From assembly GCA_951406725.2 (NCBI GenBank), contig OX597815.1, positions 169,384,001-169,448,000 on the forward strand: a stretch of DNA of 64,000 bases, given 5' to 3'. Both the position numbers and the translations under genes were made by a program. Within the stretch, counting starts at the first letter, position 1, and each line of letters opens with the position of its first letter. A model generated the notes under the pieces. That model had not been told where the DNA came from. It saw only the letters and a program-made list of their open reading frames with translations, and ran no database searches. The stretch comes from Octopus vulgaris. Its lineage: Eukaryota. Shown here piece after piece: positions 14,513 to 26,455 of this stretch.

Positions 14513-14998
14513 TGGTGTTGTTGTTATTGTTAAGATGGTGAGCTGGCAGAATTGTTACCACACCAGGCAAATTGCTTAGTGGCATTTCGTCGATGTTTAT
14601 GTTTCAAGTTCAAATGCTGCTGGGGTCAGCCTTGCCTTTCATCCTTTTGGGGTCAATAAAATAAGTACCAGTTGGACTCTTGGGTTGATGCAAATGGCTT
14701 AGCCGCTCCACAAAATTACTGGCCTTGTGCCAAAATTTGAAACCATTAGCAGTAAGGTGGCAGAATCGTTATTGTGCTGGGCAAAACGCTTAGCAGTGCT
14801 TCTTCTGTCTTATGTTCTGAGTTCAAATGCCACCAAGGCTGACTTTGCCTTTCATCCTTTCAGGGTTGATAAAATAAGTACTAGTTGAGTACTGAGGTCA
14901 ATGTAATTGACTAGCCCCCTGAACTTGCAGACCTTGTGCCAAAATTTAAAATCATCATCATCATCATCATCGTTATTGTTATTATTATCATCATTATT

Positions 14999-15550
14999 GA
15001 GTGCGCAAGCAGTGCATACCATCAAAGTGACACTGGGGTGCAAATATACGAAGCCCAGTATACCCATCATGACTACCCATCTGATAAGGGTACACCAAGC
15101 ACATGGATCACAACTATATGTTTATGACATGGTGATCTTATATCAAGATAAACAGTGCATAACTTTGCAGATGGGGCCCAGTTAGAATTTTCTTCAGGTC
15201 AAGCATTTGAGCCCATTCCACTCAAAAGGTTCCTGAATAAGGGTTGTTTAAGGATGTTGAACAAAACACTCATGTTTCCAGAGGTGAATTATCCAAACCT
15301 TATGGTTATGATGTTCCCCCACTATTTCTGCCCATGATCAGAGATGCACATGTTGTCAGATGTACATATTGTAAGGGACATGTTCAACTGGTTAAGATCA
15401 ATCAACTGACAAGCAAATCTGTGGTATGAGCAGAATATTTGCTGTAGCCCATCTTTTATATCAAGACAAAACAATGTACATGATAACACTTCCAATCAGT
15501 TAAGATCAGAAGTCATGAGAGCCACTGTCTGGTACTGCATCATTGACATT
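14999..15550. mobile_element. Unclassified ~550-bp interspersed element flanked by (ATT)n
   Basis: GC-richer block bounded on both sides by attatt repeats. Confidence 0.4.
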
Positions 15551-15941
15551 ATTATTATTGTGTTAGATATAAAAATATTCAAGTACCACAGCAGTATTCT
15601 GTACAATATAAAGGGTGCTAGGTCTCACATTCACTGATAATGTCTCCAGGCAATCTGACAGATATGATATAGCAAAATAAACAAAACAAAAAAACCTGAA
15701 ATCCCAGAGATTGGCCTACTTCTTCAGAGCCAAAAAAAAAAATGGTTCAGCCACAAACAACTGATGATTCTCTATAAAGCTCAAAAGTGACTCGTGTGGG
15801 ATGGTGCAACATTCTAGAGCACATATGACAAAAAAACAAAAAACAAAAAAAAAACAAACAAAACTAGCTGATTGGTAATGATTCACTCACAAACACAACC
15901 CAACTTCTGGTCTAAAGACCTACTGACTTCTCACTCTGTCT

Positions 15942-16026
<85 letters not shown>

Positions 16027-16486
16027 GAACTAGTATACATCAAACCACCACCATTCAAGAATCCCCACCACTCCTGGACTACTGGACTAGTTAGCTTGAC
16101 AGAGTTCATTTTTCTGCTAGACATCTCCTTACAGAAAAACAAGCTAACAAAAATGGTATGATTGGCAGAAACTTTGGAGCATCAGACAAAATACCTTATG
16201 ATATTTAGTTATGATCCTTGACATTCTGAGTTCAAATCCTGCTGAGGTGAACTTTGCTTTTCATCCATCTGGGTTTGATAAAATATAGTCCCAATCAATA
16301 CAGTGTGGTTGGTTTTATCAATTGGTTGCTATCTCTATATTGGTAGACTTGTGCCTATGTTGAGAATTATCATCTTAAGCAACCAACACATTAGTGAACT
16401 GCTTTTTTTAAACCTTTCATTTGTTTCAGTCATTGGATTGCAATCATTCTGGGGCACCACCATCAAGGATTTCAACTGGACAAACC

Positions 16487-16615
16487 ACAAGATGAGAAAG
16501 GGCAAATTTTTATCCCAAGTCACCAAGGACAAGTGGAAAGACCGCTCTACAAAGCTTTTGAACAAACTTAGGCATCCCCTCCAACCAAACATACTTTGGT
16601 TTTTCTCAGACAGTG
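16487..16615 (+). mobile_element. Tc1/mariner (DD37D-like) transposase fragment
   Basis: KMRKGKFLSQVTKDKWKDRSTKLLNKLRHPLQPNILWFFSD, with FSD as the first catalytic Asp motif. Confidence 0.6.
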
Positions 16616-16914
16616 AAAAACCAAGAACCGCTGGATGGATTCGGATGAAACCTTCAGGGATATTAGGCCTCATGACTGGCATGAACTGGTTAGATTTTGG
16701 GATTGATCTGGTACTGGACAACGATTCTGGATTATTTTCTTTGTTTTTTTTACTTAATTTTTGAGAGCGGTTGGGTTCATTTTCAGTATTCTCATTTGCG
16801 AGAGCAGTCAAGTTTATTTCAGATATTCACATTTTAAAAATCATCTCTGGCTAATCGTTGAGAGGACGTTGGTGTAGCCTTGGTGGAGGTTTGCACTCTC
16901 TGAGTGCTCTTGTT
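16616..16914 (+). mobile_element. Helentron-associated non-autonomous element (HINE-like) 3' portion
   Basis: Ends with CCTTGGTGGAGG subterminal motif, hairpin GCACTC-TCT-GAGTGC and tcttgtt. Confidence 0.55.
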
Positions 16915-18329
16915 CCCAATGTTTCTATAGGTTGGCCATATCTAGAACAGATAATTTTTTTTATCTGTTTTGTTTTTATCATTCAATTGCTCTTATTAGC
17001 CTTATTTTTTGACCTCTTAAGTGCTGTCCATTAACTCAGCTCCTTCTCTTTTCGGTCATTAACAAAGAGTTGACAATACTCTCTTTACTTAGCATGTACT
17101 ATTCCCTTCCATCACACTCAAACAAACACCAGATTATCAAAACAACACACACACACACACGCACGCTTGCACACAAAAGCTTCAAACCACTTAACTAAAT
17201 TTTCAGTTCATCCTGCACTTAGCTTTTATTTGATTTTTCCTCATATGGCCACATGGTTAAGAAATTTGCTTTGCAGCTACATGGTTTCAGGTTCAGTCCC
17301 ACCCTACAACACTTTGGACAAGTGTCTTTTAGTATAGTCCTGTATGAGTGTAGTGGGTGCTTTTATGTGTCACTGGCACGAGGGCCAGTCTGGCAGTACT
17401 GGCAATGGCTATGCTCAAATGGTGCACAGGAGTCAGTCCAGCGGCACTGGCAATGACCTCGCTCAAATGTTTTGTTCACGTGCCACCGGCTATGTTAAAC
17501 TAATATATGTAAACCTATAGAGTAGACATACAAACAGGAAATTTAACCAGTTCTTCATAGATTGGAAAATAAATGAAGAACAACCTTGACCCTTTAGCAT
17601 TTAAACAGTCCATGTCTGGCCTAAATATTCTACATATTTTAGGTTCAGACTGGCCAGATCCAGTTTCTCATACCTATCCCATAATGTGACTATAAAAATA
17701 AACAATCACATCATCAAAATCTTGAAGCTGCAAGATAATGCATGATTAATTCAAAACAACATGAATAAATAAGCATTACATTTAATCCTTGGCCATATCC
17801 AGCCAAAATATTCCACCTGTTTTAGGTTCAAACTGTCCAGATCTTGCCTCTCACACCTACCCTACAATGTCATTCTAAAACTAAACAGTCACATTATTGA
17901 AATCTTGAAGGTACAAGATAAAGAATGAGTAATTCCAAGCAATGTGAATAATAAGCATTACAGTTGACAGAATAGTCTGAATGCAAATGGTTAACAGAGC
18001 AATCAGAATGCTAAAGGGTTAATCGATTTTCTACCCTTAGTGGGATCTCAGCAGAGATGTCTACATCACTTGATCAATCCCAGAGAAATTAGCAGCCAAT
18101 CTGTTTATATATGCAACAAGGCCAGCAGATTCAGAGAACTGGAGACTAATCTGTACTCGATATTAAATCACAGGAGTGGTTGTGTGGTAAGATGCTTGCT
18201 TCTGAACCACATGGTTCTGGGTTCAGTCCCACTGTGTGGCATTGTGGGCAAGTGTCTTTTACTATGACCTTGGGCCGACCAAAGCCTTGTGAGTGGATTT
18301 GGCACATGGAAACTGAAAGGAGCCTATTC

Positions 18330-18366
<37 letters not shown>

Positions 18367-18778
18367 TTGTGTGTGTGTCCTCCCATCACTGCTTGATAAC
18401 TGTTGTTGGTGTGTTTATATCCCTGTAACTTAGCAGTTTGGCAAAAAGGACTGATAGAATAAGTGCCAGGCTCAAAAAAATAAGTCCTAGTGTCAATTTG
18501 TGTGACTAAGAAAATCCCTCAGTGCAGTGCTCCAGTATGGCCACAGTCAAATGACTGAAACAAGTAAAAGAATAAAATAATAAAGTATTTAACATTTTAT
18601 TTAGTATCAGTGAACTGTGAACGGGGAAATTTTAAAATAAAGTAGAAAATTTCTGATGTAGAAATATTTATTTACTTTATTTTTAATTTTAATTTTGGAT
18701 CTTCTGAAAAAAAAAAAAAAGTCCTTACAAGCTATAATCAAGGAATTATCTCCCTTACATTAGTAGAAAATAAATATT

Positions 18779-19150
18779 TCAGAAGTATTGTTTATCACCA
18801 CTTAAACATGGCTGTTCCATAGGAACCGACGTTACTACCAATTTAACTCTAGGAAGACGCCTCCTCCAGATGGTTATTGATGCAATCTGCACCCAATAGA
18901 TATTGCAAACAGGGGAGCGAACTCCTACCACGTCCCAGCGACAAGACTACCAGACCGTGCTGTTTTGTGCTATTTGTGCTCATCTTCAGTGGTGGTACTC
19001 ATCTGCTAGAGATAGCAGTAGTTCGTTTCAGCTCGCAATATATGGTAGTAATATTAGTTCCTACAGAACAGCGATGTTGGAGTGGCGATAAACATTATTT
19101 CTGAGTATAGTTACTGCTTTTATCTCTGATAAAGATTTTCTAAGTATAAT
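18779..19150 (-). mobile_element. Non-coding Penelope/retrozyme-like element with inverted arms and a hammerhead
   Basis: About 65-bp imperfect inverted repeat (tcagaagtattgtttatcaccac... / ...gtggcgataaacattatttctga). Homologous throughout to 35130-36445. Confidence 0.68.
18947..18995 (-). ncRNA. Degenerate type-I hammerhead ribozyme, same family as 35986-36034
   Basis: Minus strand CCACCA-CTGAAGA-T-GAGC-ACAAATA-GCAC-AAAAC-AGCAC-GGTC-TGGTAG. GUC cleavage triplet intact; G12 mutated to A. Confidence 0.68.
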
Positions 19151-19235
19151 TTCTTTCTAAATGCATGGGACATGTTGCAATAGGGGATTGGAGGATGAGG
19201 GAGCTTGTTAGGAAAATAATTTATTCACTACCCTG

Positions 19236-19565
19236 TTAAATGGGTACTACTTAAGAAGAGTGGTCCCGGTGCGCGCACTCGCATACTCATGCAACCGCGC
19301 TAGCTAGTCGTGACTAGTTGATCCTTACTTTGTGTTTTTGTGTTTTATTTACTTTGTTTAAAAAATTATTTACTTTGTGTTTTTGTGCTTTATTTACTTT
19401 GTTTTAAAAAAATTATTTACTTTGAGTAAAAAAATTATTTATTTTGTGTTTTATTTACTTTGCTAGGTAGTCATTGTAGGATCAACTAGTCACAACTAGC
19501 TAGCCTGGATGCGCGAGTACACGAGTTCGCACACCGGGACCACTCTTCTTAAGTAGTCCCGTTAA
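19236..19565. mobile_element. MITE with ~90-bp GC-rich TIRs, TTAA at both ends, internal T-rich tandem repeats
   Basis: gggtactacttaagaagagtggtcccggtg...actagttgatcct is mirrored at 19478-19561. Confidence 0.82.
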
Positions 19566-20087
19566 GTATGCATCATAGAAGAAATAACTTTGTTTTATGT
19601 CATAAAAGTAGTAGGTTTGTGATGCTGTTGGCATAACCCATTTATGACACGGACTATTAAAAGAATTTTAGCTGAAAATAAACAAACCATCCATCGTTTT
19701 CAGTATATATTGCACAGTTACAAACCTATATAGCTGTATAGTCCACTAGGTTTCAACAGTAAGTAGATCTCAATCTCAGTACTGCTAATTAATGAGCATA
19801 AATGATAATGATAATGATGATGATTATGAGGATAAAAATGATGATACCGGTGACAACAGTGGGAGTGATATGATGAACTTAAAGCAAGGATAACATTAAC
19901 AATACCAGCAACAATGTACAGGAATGTACTGAAACACGTTTATATGCACAAGTGGTAATGAGCTAAATAATTCATATTCCAGATTTTATACAAATTTGTC
20001 TGAAACAGGAGGCATAAATATTTGTCTGAAACTAAGATTGTACATTAATAAATAATAATAATAATAATAATAATGATAATAATAATA

Positions 20088-20131
<44 letters not shown>

Positions 20132-20153
20132 AATAATAATGATAATGATAATA

Positions 20154-20199
<46 letters not shown>

Positions 20200-20202
<3 letters not shown>

Positions 20203-21050
20203 CGGAGCTCAGGGCTAAAAGCAGAGAGCGAAGGTTTCATCCTGGCTGCTCAAGACCAAAGCCTATCAACCCGGAACTACCAGGCCAATGTGATGAAAAA
20301 TGGAGCAGACCCAAAATGCCGATTCTGCAACGACATGATTGAAACAGTGGACCACCTAATCTCTGGATGTAAAGTCTTAGCACCAGTGGAGTATAAATTA
20401 AGACATGACAGAGTTGGCCAATATCTCCACTGGCTAATAAGTTGGCATTACAATATCAAAACTGCCGACAAGTGGTATAATCACCACCCTGAGGCTGTAA
20501 CTGAAGGAGAAAATGTAACCATTCTGTGGGACTTTCCAGTGCATACAGACCGAACCTTCAAGGCCAATAAACCAGATATTGTTGTGAAAGACCAAAACAA
20601 TAAAGTTTGCTTATTGATCGACATGAGCATCCCCTGTGATCATAATATCTCAGTGAAAGAGTTTGACAAGCTCAGAAAATATAAAGACCTACTCATTGAA
20701 ATTGAGAAAATGTGGCATCTCAAGGCGGTTACAATACCAGTGATCGTAGGAGCACTAGGAATGATCAAGAAGGGAACCGAAAATTATATGAGAATGATGC
20801 CTGGCTTACCATCCCTGCAAGAAGTGCAAAAGATTGTCTTAACTGGTACATCACATGTATTGAGAAGAGCATTGTCGATGTGAGAACTGTTGCTGCTCAT
20901 GCATTTTAATTTAACTTAAAAAAAAAGAAATTAACGAACTACTGAGTTTGGTTTAATGGCCTACCAATATACACTATGAGTTTCTTTGCCCTAGGAGTCA
21001 GGAAGACACTCGGCAAGAAATGGAAGAAAATTTGAAAGAAGAAAAAAAAA
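20200..21050 (+). mobile_element. 5'-truncated R4/Dong-clade non-LTR retrotransposon (restriction-like endonuclease) inserted in (TAA)n
   Basis: Uninterrupted 227-aa ORF with CCHC knuckle CRFC-x8-H-x4-C, RHD motif and KPDIVV...IDMSIP...KY nuclease motif. 3' UTR and A-rich tail follow; both flanks are (TAA)n. Confidence 0.88.
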
Positions 21051-21172
21051 GTAATAATAATAATAATAATAATCCTTTCTACTATAGGCACAAGGGCCTG
21101 AGATTTTTGGGGAGAGGTAAGTTGATCACAGTGCGTAACTGGTACTTAATTTATCAACTCCAATAATAATAA

Positions 21173-21427
21173 GGCATTCTTTTGATATAACTCGACAAAA
21201 TCGAAACATTCCATTTTACAGGTATTTCCATGGAAGCAAATGACAGTTCGATTCTGTTTTCTGTTTGAAATAGGTAAGAACAAATATGCAAGGCTTTTTT
21301 TTCTTTTTTTCTTCAAGTTTAAAATGAGACATTGCTGGCATAATTTCGTTATATCCATACTCCACAACCCACGGAAATACCCGAAGTGAAACGTTTTGAT
21401 TTTGTCAAGTTATATCGAAGGAATGCC
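21173..21427. mobile_element. MITE with ~60-bp TIRs starting GGCATTC (possibly Merlin-like)
   Basis: ggcattcttttgatataactcgacaaaatc / gattttgtcaagttatatcgaaggaatgcc, with aataataa on both sides. Confidence 0.75.
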
Positions 21428-21689
21428 AATAATAATAATTTAACCCTTTAGCACTTGAATTGGTCATATTTGGCCCAAATATTCTACTTGTTCTACTCTA
21501 CAATGTCATTATAAATATAAACAATAACATCATTGAAACCTTGAAGTTATAAGCTAATGCATGATTAATTCAAAACAATGTGAATAAATAAGCATCACAT
21601 TTGCCTGAGTAATCTGAATGTTAAAGGATTTATACAGTCATGGGCAAACTACAGCTTGCAGCTCTTTCTAAATGGCATTTCTAATGAAA

Positions 21690-21924
21690 ATCTTCCTTGA
21701 ATTTTTTTAGTAGTGCAGCCTTCCTGATTATGATCCATGTCTTGTGTGACCTTCTTGAAAAAGGTCATGCGTGCCTGTCTTAGCACATATTTGTTAAAAA
21801 TGAAACATATTCAGTTTTAACAAAAACGTGCTAAGACAGGCACGAGTGACCTTTTTCAAGAAGGTCACATGAGACATGGGTCATCATCAGGAAGGCTGCA
21901 CTACTAAAAAAATTCAAGGAAGAT
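21690..21924. repeat. Long imperfect palindrome (~115-bp arms, ~5-nt loop)
   Basis: atcttccttgaatttttttagtagtgcagcc... is mirrored by ...ggctgcactactaaaaaaattcaaggaagat. Confidence 0.9.
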
Positions 21925-21940
21925 GTAAATATATTGGATC

Positions 21941-22169
21941 TTAACCCTTTTGATACCAACCCGCCTGAAACTGCCTCTGGCTCAGTAGTACAAATACCTT
22001 GTTTTAAAAGTTCTGAATTAAAATCTTTCAACAAACCTTAGTCACAATTTGTATTCCCAACACTAGCTTAATGATAACTAAGTTATTTTACTAAATTCTT
22101 TGTTAGATTTTAAATCAATTTAAAGAAACACAAAGCATCTCAACAGAAATATGGTAACAAAAGGGTTAA
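21941..22169. mobile_element. Second piggyBac-like MITE family. Copies at about 57092-57321 and 12330-12556
   Basis: ttaacccttttgatacc...ggtaacaaaagggttaa. Confidence 0.8.
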
Positions 22170-22284
22170 AGTAACCACTGAATTTTGTATACCATCGAAA
22201 GTTTCCAAGATTTCAGTCTGGTTCATCAAGAAGAATTAGTTACAGTATCATTACACAGTAGTATTGCTTATTGCTGTAACGGAG

Positions 22285-22574
22285 CAAATGTTACCAGTTC
22301 TTTCTTGGGTCATTTGTCTAATGAGGTGAATTAGCAGTATCTTGTAAATATTGATTTCACATTTTGGGACTAGGCCAGCAATTTTGAGGGAAGGAGTAAG
22401 TTGATTACATTGACCCCACTGTTCAACTGGTACTTATTTTATCAACTCCCAAAAGAATGAAAGACAAAGTTGACCTTGGTGGAATTTGAACTCAAGAATG
22501 TAAGGACAGATGAAATACTTCTAAGCTTGCTGCCTTAGTATCTTGTAGATACCAACTGAATAGTTAATTCTTGT
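22285..22574 (-). pseudogene. Decayed duplicate of GARNL3 exon 25701-25912, interrupted by a SINE
   Basis: Translates to IYKILLIHLIRQMTQERTGN versus IYKIPLMYLTGQMASERTGN. Retains a tttgttttag acceptor and similar intron flank. Has a stop/frameshift and a SINE at about 22351-22536 with TSD agtatcttgta(a/g)ata. Confidence 0.8.
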
Positions 22575-22878
22575 CTAAAACAAATAAAATAGAATAATGA
22601 TATATATATATTTATGTATATATATATAGACTAATATAGGCACAATGAGTTGCTACTAATCATAGGCTGAAACAGCTGTAAGTGATGTTAATAATTTATA
22701 TTAATGTTTTTTAATAACTACTTGTATTCTTATCTTATATGCATTGGATAATATACTATATGTATGTATGTTATTATGGTCGTCGTTTTGATAAATAAAT
22801 AAGTCAACATTTTTATATCCTAAAGTTGATGAACCAACTAATGTGCTTCTCCATTTTCTTATTTGCAATATATATGTA

Positions 22879-22955
<77 letters not shown>

Positions 22956-25700
22956 ATGTATGTGTGTATGTATGTATGTATGCATGCATGTATGTATGTT
23001 TTTTTGTTAGCAAGCCCTGCTGATTTTAAATTCCCTCATGAGCAACATTTGTAATTGACAATTGCTCTTATACTCCTCATCCACAAAGAAATGTTTATTG
23101 CTGTGAGATCTGGAATAATCTGTATCACATTTTATTTACTGTACAGGATATTTTCTCAGAGCTATATATGACAGAAAAATGGCTATTCTAGAAACTAGAA
23201 ATTCTACAATTTCCTATGTTCTTTAGGAAAGAGATCTCATTTAGACTTTAAGATTATAAATGGTAGGTATTCTACCAAGTTGCTAATGTACTTGCATTAT
23301 AAAAGCTTGAATGATGATGCCCTGCAACACATACTTTAAGTATGTCTATGGATTACTACTTTTAAACTAATAACCACTTCTGTTACCAATAAAGAATTTC
23401 TGTTTAACCTACCAGTTAAATGTAACAGTGACCTTTCAATTACTGTTTGACTATACCAGCTAGCAGCTGGTGTTCACTTAATATGAGGTGACATAGATAT
23501 TTGCTGTTGAGGAAACTAATCATCATCCTCATCATTATCATTTAACATTCGTTTTTCATGCTGGCATGGTTTGATTGGAGCTGGTAAGGTCAGGGGCAAG
23601 CTCTATTGTCTGTTCTGGCATGGTTTCTATGGCTGGATGTCCTTCCTAACACCACCCACTCCACAGAGTGTACTGGTTAATTTTTATATGGCACCAGCAC
23701 CAGTGCTTTTAATGTAGCATCAGTGCGAGTGCTTTTTATGTGGCACCAGCACTGGTATCAATTCTGCTGTGTCAGATAGATCTTCTTGAGTACAACAAAA
23801 GTAAAGAAAAAGGTAAAGACCCCCCCCACTCAGTCATGAATGACCATGGGATTGCACCTAGAAAGTTACCCTTTGAGGTACAAGTCTGGGCAAGGTTATA
23901 GAAGACCAGCAGTCACCCATGCATAACAGGCTCTCCTCTCTACACTACTGATGTTATCCAAGAGAAAGGCAAAGGCCAATGCAGCTTGGCACCAGTGATG
24001 TTGCAACTTATTTTTACAGCTGAGTTAACTGGAGCAATGTAAAATAAATTGTCTTCTTCAAGAACACAACACACAGCCTGGTTCAGGAATCAAACTCACT
24101 ACCTCAAGGTTGTGAGTCTGATTCTCTAACCACTGAGCCATGTGCCTTCACTTGACTACAGCAAAGCACCAGATATCTCAGTCCTATCTAGATCCAACAA
24201 TTCCACCACCAATGTTGCACCACCTTTGCCTGCTCTTGATATTTTTCCGTGTTTTTAATACCATATAATTTTGTAAGGCTTTATACAGATCACTCAGGAG
24301 GTAAAAAGGAATTGTAATTCAAAGGGCCAACCATGTCACATTCTATGTCACGCTGAACCTCCCTGAGCACTACTTTAAGGATCTTTGTGGCTGTCAAGTG
24401 TTCAGCCCCTTACACATTAATTTCATAAGCAGGCTGTTCTGTTCATTGGATCAACTGAAACTCTTGTCGTTGTAACCAATGGAGTGCCAGTTTTTATACA
24501 TATTACTTATTAAAACCCTGTTTGCAAGATAACAAAACATACATTAATTATACAGTACAGCTGTTATCTTTGATGGCAAGCTGAACACCTATTTTATAGC
24601 TGTTGTCTGGTTGATTGGGATATTGAAAGTTTAGTGTCTTTATTATTGAAACACCTCAAATAGTGATATGAATTGTCACTCCTTCATAAGGTAGGTAAAT
24701 AGCCTATTTATTTAGCCTATTGAAAATTGCATTGACTTAGGGGTTATCAGGATCAATATTTTAAGCAGTTTCTCTGTCAAAATTAAGGAATATGACAGTT
24801 TTTATTGCCAAATGTTTTTTGACAATTTTTACTATGAAGATTAAGGAATATTATCTATCTATAATTAAAACTTGCCCAAGGAAGTGAATTATATTTTCAT
24901 TAGTATGTACCTAAAATATTTAATGTTTCTTTGTAACACAGAAATTAATAGGTAACATAATGGCATTACTTTTCTCACTAAAAGATCAAAGTTGGAGCAA
25001 GAGGATACACATGGATGGAAAGAGTCACTGAAGAGGTCACAAATGTGTGACAGAAGATTTCCAGATAATGGACAAAAGATAAAACAAGAACAGTAATAAA
25101 TGAGTGAAGAACGAATATAGAGTGCGTGTGTTTATTTGGCAAAAAAAAAAAAAACATGACCGTCCCAAAATATAACAATAGAAAATAGAATCATTTTCCA
25201 TAATATAATTCATATCAAAGATAAAGAAAGCCAGATTTGCTTAAATCACAAACAAAGTCTTTAACTAACATTCATTCGAATATTAATTAAAATATTTATT
25301 GTCTTTTTGATAGTAATGAAAACAGATATAAACAGATACCCGACATTATGAACGCCAATTTGAGACAGAAAAAGAGACATGCCCACGGATAATACTCAAA
25401 CCATGTATTCATCACTTGTTGAGTGATATTACAATACTGATCAGCAGTAAATTTATAGTTAATAAAACAAGTGAGAACATGTTTATTCCCAAACTGATCA
25501 TATACCTTCCAGACAAACAGTAGCTACAATAACCTGTTAATATATCTTAAATCCATTAACACAATGAAAAGCCTTGTCAAAAAGTGTTTGAAAGACAGTA
25601 AGTTAGATGTTTATGGATAAGTCCTTTGATATCATCAAATAAAGTTCAATAAAAACAACCAGACCATGTCAACAGGTTATTAATGGAAATCTGCACAAAC

Positions 25701-25912
25701 CTTCTCTACTGTTAAAGCTGTAGTTTGGTTTTTCTTTGTATGAATAAGTGGACTGCGCTTAAGAGATGGCGACTTCTGTAGTTCGGATGAAACTGGAGCC
25801 AGTAACGTATTATGATTACAAGCAGCAGTGTTACCAGTTCTTTCAGAGGCCATTTGTCCAGTTAGGTACATCAGTGGTATCTTGTAAATGTTTGTTGAAA
25901 ACTGATTCTTGG
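25701..25912 (-). CDS. GARNL3: GARNL3 coding exon (either spliced at AAG|GTTTGT or read through to the stop at 25680)
   Basis: tttcag acceptor, phase 1. AKNQFSTNIYKIPLMYLTGQMASERTG...TVEK; NIYKIPL matches recalled NLYKIPL. Confidence 0.87.
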
Positions 25913-25972
25913 CTGAAACAAACATAAATATCATAATGAAATACATATATATATATATATATGCGCACTTGT

Positions 25973-26014
<42 letters not shown>

Positions 26015-26084
26015 GTAAAGTAAAAATGGAGGAAAAACGCAAGTAGGCTTAATAAGTATATTTACAGGCAATATAAATAATAAA

Positions 26085-26455
26085 ATAATGAAATCATTGT
26101 ATACAGTGCTCAGGTGCACCACAGCTTGTCAAAAGTGCATATAAAGTAAATACAGTAATGTACAAATGTCTGGAAAGCAAACAATGTATGAGTCAGATAC
26201 ATGCTTGCGTGTGTATGGAGGAGGGAATATTAGGTGTAGTGTTGGCGAATCTCAGGAAGCATGGAAGTTCTGAAGGATGCAATGCTCTGACAACTAACAA
26301 CTGATGCCAGCAGTCTGTTCCATGCTTCAGCAACTCTTAGCATGAAAAAAATGTTTCCGAAAGTCATGGGAGCTGTGCTGTTTTCTGACTTAGTAAACAT
26401 GTCCACAGGTGTTAGACAGGTGGAGTTTGAAAAGGTGCTCAGAGTTTGTCTTTGC
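26085..26455 (-). mobile_element. CR1/L2-group LINE 3' end
   Basis: FFMLRVAEAWNRLLASVV...SF motif typical of CR1-group ORF2 ends. Confidence 0.65.

Noticed and set aside
16303-16811. Overlapping 153- and 158-aa ORFs
   Set aside because: Chance read-through across SINE, transposase and HINE-like fragments.
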